Positions 46,201 through 51,073 of a stretch of 51,073 bases of DNA are shown piece by piece. Each line of letters begins with the position of its first letter. Positions within the stretch are counted from its first letter, which is position 1. The stretch spans positions 1-51,073 of the forward strand of contig JAGQMN010000003.1 in assembly GCA_020428645.1 (NCBI GenBank), written 5' to 3'. Origin of the DNA: Patescibacteria group bacterium (GTDB lineage: Bacteria > Patescibacteriota > Minisyncoccia > Phycocordibacterales > UBA1006). Below the pieces are notes generated by a model, which was not told the origin of the DNA, ran no database searches, and saw only the letters and a list, made by a program, of their open reading frames with translations. The position numbers were made by a program, and so were the translations under genes.

Positions 46201-47187
46201 TTATTCTTCGTTCTTCATGGACTGTTGTTTTTCTAATTGACGTAGCAGTGACGCTTTGTACATCCGTCCAACAAATCTGAGTATAATCCATGCTAGAACA
46301 ATAATGATGATTCCAAGCAACAGTACCTGCCAAGGGAATATAAAGAATGAGTATGTGGCTACCGATTCCTGGCCTGATTGTCCCCAATGTACATTCAAAC
46401 GAGCGGTGTACCACCCAAAATGAAATTGACGAAATTGAGACCGAGCGGTTGCAAAGAATCCATGTGGTTCTTCTCCTTTTCGTTCCCATGTATTAATAAA
46501 TTTTCGAGCAGTATTTGGAAGAACACTTCCTTCTTTCGGGTTAGCGTTAACTCGATCACGAACCATTCCAAACGTGTTGTGCAACTCAATGTCACCTCTT
46601 GGTACCGCGCGATCCCCTCCAGTGTTGCTGAAACGGTACATAAATTCAATAGGAGGCATTAGATAAAAGTGTTGTTGATCGGTGGCTTCGAAATCAAGAA
46701 TCCCCCCGCTTTCCGGTACATCCCCGTTAACGCGGAGTAATATCAATATTCCTAGTCTTCCACCAATGCTAACAGCTGAGCCATCAGATTGTAGTGGTTG
46801 GTTACCAAAAAAGATCGCAGCAAAGTATCCTCCTGGTTCTGCAGAAGCTGGTATAGAAATAGTGTACGTTACCTCTGTACGCTCCTGAGCATCAAGTGAA
46901 ATACTCGCTGGAGCATTCATCCATGTTGCGAGCCCTTCATCAGCACCAATGAATCGAGGTGTCCCGGTATCATCATTTGATTCAAAATTTTCAAAGCTCG
47001 TGTATACCGTCTGATTCCGTGATTTTTCGTTGTAAAGTTCAATTGTACCAGTCAGGATTGTGCCTGGATCACCCGTAATTTCCAATTTAGCCGGAGACGC
47101 TGTAAGCGCAAAGGCTGATCGAGTGGTCATAACGGAACTCAGAATACCTACCATGACAAGTATAAATGTTATGTAATTTCTTTTCAT
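46201..47187 (-). CDS. DUF916/WxLIP-like cell-surface protein
   Basis: Signal peptide ...AFA/LTASPAKLE, IPASAEPGGYFAAIFF, RLGILILLRVNG, FSNTG...P.G.I, C-terminal TM with basic tail. Confidence 0.7.
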   Translation of the reverse strand: MKRNYITFILVMVGILSSVMTTRSAFALTASPAKLEITGDPGTILTGTIELYNEKSRNQTVYTSFENFESNDDTGTPRFIGADEGLATWMNAPASISLDAQERTEVTYTISIPASAEPGGYFAAIFFGNQPLQSDGSAVSIGGRLGILILLRVNGDVPESGGILDFEATDQQHFYLMPPIEFMYRFSNTGGDRAVPRGDIELHNTFGMVRDRVNANPKEGSVLPNTARKFINTWERKGEEPHGFFATARSQFRQFHFGWYTARLNVHWGQSGQESVATYSFFIFPWQVLLLGIIIIVLAWIILRFVGRMYKASLLRQLEKQQSMKNEE

Positions 47188-47389
47188 AAAATAACAGTGA
47201 ATGTAATGTATTGACCTAAAAATGGTTTTCTACAAAAAATAAAACTTCTATGCACAAGTATGTGTCTATTATACCTCAACTATCCTAAATACAACAATAA
47301 AGTATTTTTTGAAGTGGAGAAATGAAGATTTGTCCTCGCTCCTGGCAATAAAAAACACTACGAAATGTAGTATTTTTTAAATGAAACCA

Positions 47390-48340
47390 CTAGAAGTTTG
47401 CGGTCATGGTGTACGTAAGTGTCGTTGTATAGGTACCTGCTTCAGTTGAGCCGTCAATATTTGCAACGTAATTAACACCATATGTTTCGGTAGAAACAGG
47501 TCCTGTTTGAGTGACCACCGTATCTGCAACTCCTGGATTGAGGTAGTAGTTGGTACCCGCATAGTTTGTAGAAACCGTTCCCGTACCTGATACGACATCA
47601 ACAGAGAGTCCGAATTCTTCCTGTCCTGCAGTTGGTGCTGCGGCCGATGTCATAGCAGTAATGGTATCTGATCCTGAGGTTAGGGTTTCTCCCTCAACAT
47701 TCACAGTATATCCTCCGGTTGCATTCGTTGATGCAAGGAACTGACTTGAACCATTTGCAACTTCTGATCCTGAACCGGTTCCGCCTGTGTTGGCATAGGT
47801 AATTGAACCACTGCTCAATGAACCAAATCCAACCGCATTGTCATCATCATCACTGTCACGAACATCAAAGGTAAGCGCTTGATCAACCGTTGCGGTAACC
47901 AAAATCTGATCGTCGTCCAAAATTGGGACAGTAATTGACCCGGTATCTCCGTTTGAACCAGAAATCGAGATTGAATAGTTTGCCGCCGAAGACGGGTTAA
48001 CCATTCCTGTTACCGTAACCGAATATGCTGTTCCAGCCGATTGACCAGATCCTGAATCGGTATACCGAACAACATTACTCGAAGGCGCCGACCAATCGGT
48101 CGATGATGTAGCCGCTGTCCCGGTGAATGAGCCTGGAAACGTTACATCAATGGTTCCTGAAGCTGCAAGCGCTGTTGGCAACGTAAAACCAATCACGTGT
48201 GTTGCCGCTTCGCTGATCTTTTGTCGATCCATGTTGTCCGACAAATCAGTTGCTGCTGCCGCAAACGCGACTGGAGCGTACATACTAATAAGCGCAAGGG
48301 TCACAAACCCTGACACTACTCTTGTTAGAAAATTTTTCAT
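47390..48340 (-). CDS. Secreted surface protein with a C-terminal WxL-like domain
   Basis: Signal peptide ending APVAFA; Ser/Thr/Gly-rich; ends YVANIDGSTEAGTYTTTLTYTMTANF. Confidence 0.7.
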   Translation of the reverse strand: MKNFLTRVVSGFVTLALISMYAPVAFAAAATDLSDNMDRQKISEAATHVIGFTLPTALAASGTIDVTFPGSFTGTAATSSTDWSAPSSNVVRYTDSGSGQSAGTAYSVTVTGMVNPSSAANYSISISGSNGDTGSITVPILDDDQILVTATVDQALTFDVRDSDDDDNAVGFGSLSSGSITYANTGGTGSGSEVANGSSQFLASTNATGGYTVNVEGETLTSGSDTITAMTSAAAPTAGQEEFGLSVDVVSGTGTVSTNYAGTNYYLNPGVADTVVTQTGPVSTETYGVNYVANIDGSTEAGTYTTTLTYTMTANF

Positions 48341-48450
48341 AATTATTTTAATAATACAGTTAATTAATTGCACTACTTATTAATGGACTGTATCCATGTA
48401 GCTGAAAACATTATACCTTAATCAAATAATAGTAACAACCCCTTTGCAAC

Positions 48451-50967
48451 CTAAAATTGAGCGGTAACAGTATAGGTGATTGTTGAGGCATAGGAACCTG
48501 CGTCAGTTTCGGGAGCTATATTCCCAAGGTAGTATACGCGAAATACTGTTGTTGCATCATCACCAGGTCCTGTAAAGATAGTATCAGTGGTTGTTGGATC
48601 ATACGCATATTGAATACCAGAATTATACGGTGAAACAACAGATCCATTTCCTGATTCAACAAACCCACGCAGACCAAATTGTTCATTGCCTGGTGATGAT
48701 GATGACGCAGTTGAACCGATTGCATCAATAACAACGCTACCACCACAACTTGTACACGTCATATCAGTACCCGCAATACTGATACTGTAACCACTTGATG
48801 CATTGGTTGAAGCACTCATGGTATGGGCATACGATAAACTTGATATACTACCGAGTCCATCACCTGTCGCATAACGCGCCTGGCTGGAGCTCAAGCTACC
48901 AAACCCAATACTGTTGTCAGAAATCGAAAATGATATTGTTTGGGGACTCGCAGCCGATGCCATTGTTATTTCAGGAATTACTGAATAGGTATCGAGTTGA
49001 CTACCAGAAGAGGTTACCAATCGAAAACAGTATGTCGTACTTGCCGTAGCGCCATTATCAATCAACGAAAAGTCCCACTTACCATCTTGATCCTTTGCAA
49101 TCATCGTACCTACCGATGCGTTGTTGAGCTCTTCATAACTTTGGTTAACAATCGTGTGACCACCGTGGGTTGGATCGTTGGCATTTGCTGTCAAACTCGC
49201 TCCGTCAGTCGGAGTACTATTGTCATTGAAAGCAATAATGGTCGCAGCGGTTACGTCACTATAGGTTTCTCCAGTAAACGAGGTGTCACACGTTCCTGAC
49301 TGCTCAGCGAATTGTAGTTTAAAATCTTCTTCACCAGGTCGAAGTGGTGCATCTGCAACATCAATGAGTATCCTCAGTCGGAATGCATCACCAGTTGCGC
49401 TGAGCGTCGTTGAGGTATCTTGTGCCGCCAGTGCTGAACCAACATCAGTTGAATCTGCGTTGGCAAAGAATCGGTACGCCGACTGGGTAAGATTCGGGGG
49501 GAGGAGCGTATCGAGGTTTAGCGAGAAAAAACCAACGGTCGATGGTTGAGTACGATCGGTGGCGGCACCTGCTGCCTCACTTCCAGAGAGGGGATCCATG
49601 TTCACACCCAGATCGTAACCAGCCGTACCAACCGTAAAAATACCAGCGGGGTGGAAACTCCCTCCGAAGGTATCCACTGAACCTTGATTACCACGGATGT
49701 AATTCCCATGCTCGCCCGTTGACTGTTCAACACCGTTCACGGTGATGCTACCATAGGCGGTAAGACGTAAACCAGAACCGACTCTTTTTCGAGCTGTCCA
49801 CACGTTCGCCCAGGCAAAGACATCGGCTGGATTCGTAACATCAACAGCAGTATTGCTTGCTTTGGTAAAACTCGCTGCATCATTAAAACTTACGTCACGC
49901 ATGGCATTTAACGTGGCGCTACTCGAAATATTCTGTAGTCCTGTCGAATCATACGAATGGAAAACCTCAAGGCTATCCGGCATCTCAAGAACAATCATCT
50001 GTCCATTACCATCAGTCACCCAGGACCCATTGTTGTCAGCTCCTCCCTGGTCAGCAGCAACACCTGCTCCACGAAATACCTTTACTTGAATATCTCGATC
50101 AGCCGTTGCTGTTTCCAAAATATCCATCGAACCTATGCCACAATATTCATTCGTAGAACTTCGTTGATAACAATACGATTGGGTCCACCCCTGCCCCGTC
50201 CCGTCATAGTTAAGTTGGCCAATACGTTGAGTACGGCTACCTCCCGTATTTCCCGATACCGACCAGGCAATCAAGTATCGTTTGTTGTCACCCTTTACCG
50301 TTATCGTTTCGGTTCCCGTATCGCCTTGGATCGCGTTGGTGTCTGATTCAGCGGTAACGGCAGTGATGTTAACAGTATTAAGAGTGGTTCCAAGATACGC
50401 AGCGCCGGTACCCCCTATAGCATAGATCCCGTAGTTCGTCGGATTAATACGTACCACTTGAACGTCTGACTCGCCAGCAATACTTCCTGAGGTCGGTGCG
50501 TCGGTGTCGCGTCGACGTTGTACCTGTATCTGGGCGTTGGCTGATGCACCAATCACTACCCCAACGGCACGGAACCATGCTGTGTCTTCCGAAGTATCAC
50601 GTGAGTAACCGGTGTAGTATGAGGTAAACAGACTTCCGCTTCCAGAAGTTAGAGCTATACGTGCCTGTGCATTGTAACGACCGTTTGAACTATCGACTCC
50701 TCGAATGGTGGAAATAATGAGGTAATCTCCCGCCTCGTCAAGTTCAATGGTTGAGTCATCAGGGCGAGTGTAAATACCATCGTTGCGTATTTCTTGATCG
50801 GTCTCAAATGCAGCAAAGCTCGTTCCGGGAATTTGACCACCGACTGAATCCCGCCAATGACCAATATCACCAACAGCAGCATCAGCTAGATATAAAGGGA
50901 AACTAGAAAAAAGCCATCCAATGATAACGTACGTGAAAATTATTATTTTTTCTGATTTCTTGAACAT
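48451..50967 (-). CDS. Large secreted multidomain surface protein with the same C-terminal WxL-like domain
   Basis: Signal peptide; three repeated beta modules; ends YLGNIAPETDAGSYASTITYTVTAQF. Confidence 0.72.
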   Translation of the reverse strand: MFKKSEKIIIFTYVIIGWLFSSFPLYLADAAVGDIGHWRDSVGGQIPGTSFAAFETDQEIRNDGIYTRPDDSTIELDEAGDYLIISTIRGVDSSNGRYNAQARIALTSGSGSLFTSYYTGYSRDTSEDTAWFRAVGVVIGASANAQIQVQRRRDTDAPTSGSIAGESDVQVVRINPTNYGIYAIGGTGAAYLGTTLNTVNITAVTAESDTNAIQGDTGTETITVKGDNKRYLIAWSVSGNTGGSRTQRIGQLNYDGTGQGWTQSYCYQRSSTNEYCGIGSMDILETATADRDIQVKVFRGAGVAADQGGADNNGSWVTDGNGQMIVLEMPDSLEVFHSYDSTGLQNISSSATLNAMRDVSFNDAASFTKASNTAVDVTNPADVFAWANVWTARKRVGSGLRLTAYGSITVNGVEQSTGEHGNYIRGNQGSVDTFGGSFHPAGIFTVGTAGYDLGVNMDPLSGSEAAGAATDRTQPSTVGFFSLNLDTLLPPNLTQSAYRFFANADSTDVGSALAAQDTSTTLSATGDAFRLRILIDVADAPLRPGEEDFKLQFAEQSGTCDTSFTGETYSDVTAATIIAFNDNSTPTDGASLTANANDPTHGGHTIVNQSYEELNNASVGTMIAKDQDGKWDFSLIDNGATASTTYCFRLVTSSGSQLDTYSVIPEITMASAASPQTISFSISDNSIGFGSLSSSQARYATGDGLGSISSLSYAHTMSASTNASSGYSISIAGTDMTCTSCGGSVVIDAIGSTASSSSPGNEQFGLRGFVESGNGSVVSPYNSGIQYAYDPTTTDTIFTGPGDDATTVFRVYYLGNIAPETDAGSYASTITYTVTAQF

Positions 50968-50970
50968 TAT

Positions 50971-51073
50971 TTAGTGAATAATATTAATCTGACAGGTAGT
51001 AATTGAATCCACTTCTCCCGTTTCAGTAAAGATAATTGGGATTGTAAAATTTCCATGTATTGCGTCTTGTACA
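50971..51073 (-). CDS. 3' end of an upstream gene (truncated by the window edge)
   Basis: VQDAIHGNFTIPIIFTETGEVDSITTCQINIIH*, with TAA 4 nt before the ATG at 50967. Confidence 0.55.
   Translation of the reverse strand, partial: VQDAIHGNFTIPIIFTETGEVDSITTCQINIIH

Noticed and set aside
282-50882. Numerous 60-200 aa ORFs overlapping real genes on the opposite strand or in another frame (e.g. 282-638, 9876-10472, 5461-5919, 35885-36334)
   Set aside because: They are shadow ORFs of well-supported genes, with no motifs or expression signals.
1-51073. Alternative genetic code (UGA=Gly as in Gracilibacteria, or TAG recoding)
   Set aside because: The conserved genes translate full-length under code 11, with TAG, TAA and TGA acting as true stops. 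Only one isolated in-frame TAG was found.
1-51073. CRISPR array, tRNA/rRNA genes, transposases, prophage
   Set aside because: I saw no regularly spaced direct repeats, no cloverleaf with TTCGA/CCA signatures (including upstream of secE), and no integrase, transposase or phage structural motifs by eye. A tRNAscan/Infernal run would be needed to exclude divergent RNAs.

Overview
This window most likely comes from a Patescibacteria (CPR, Parcubacteria-like) chromosome using genetic code 11. The assignment is an inference from gene content: compact housekeeping genes, class II GlyRS, type-2 IleRS, secE-nusG-rplK with no rplA, a pilin and many secreted Ig-like proteins. It holds about 53 CDSs: five aminoacyl-tRNA synthetases (metG, glyQS, ileS, argS, tyrS), a thymidylate/folate cluster (tmk, thyA, glyA, dCMP deaminase, folA, two MazG-like genes; folC lies separately), proC, pyrC plus a pyrD-like gene, murB, ndh, a membrane-anchored Clp-like ATPase and a terminal cluster of surface proteins. 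I found no rRNA, tRNA, CRISPR array or transposase. The main discoveries sit in intergenic DNA that the ORF track misses. There are two apparently complete ribosome-mediated transcription attenuators: a 15-aa leader with 5 Ile upstream of ileS, and a 21-aa Pro-containing leader upstream of proC. Each has a promoter, alternative pairings and a terminator. Also notable: a pervasive -10 box 6-9 nt before start codons (leaderless-type genes), a histidine-phosphatase domain with an intact catalytic motif set inserted in IleRS, a WxL/csc-like surface module, an in-frame amber codon, and a single-base frameshift. All calls come from reading the sequence by eye; no searches or folding programs were run.
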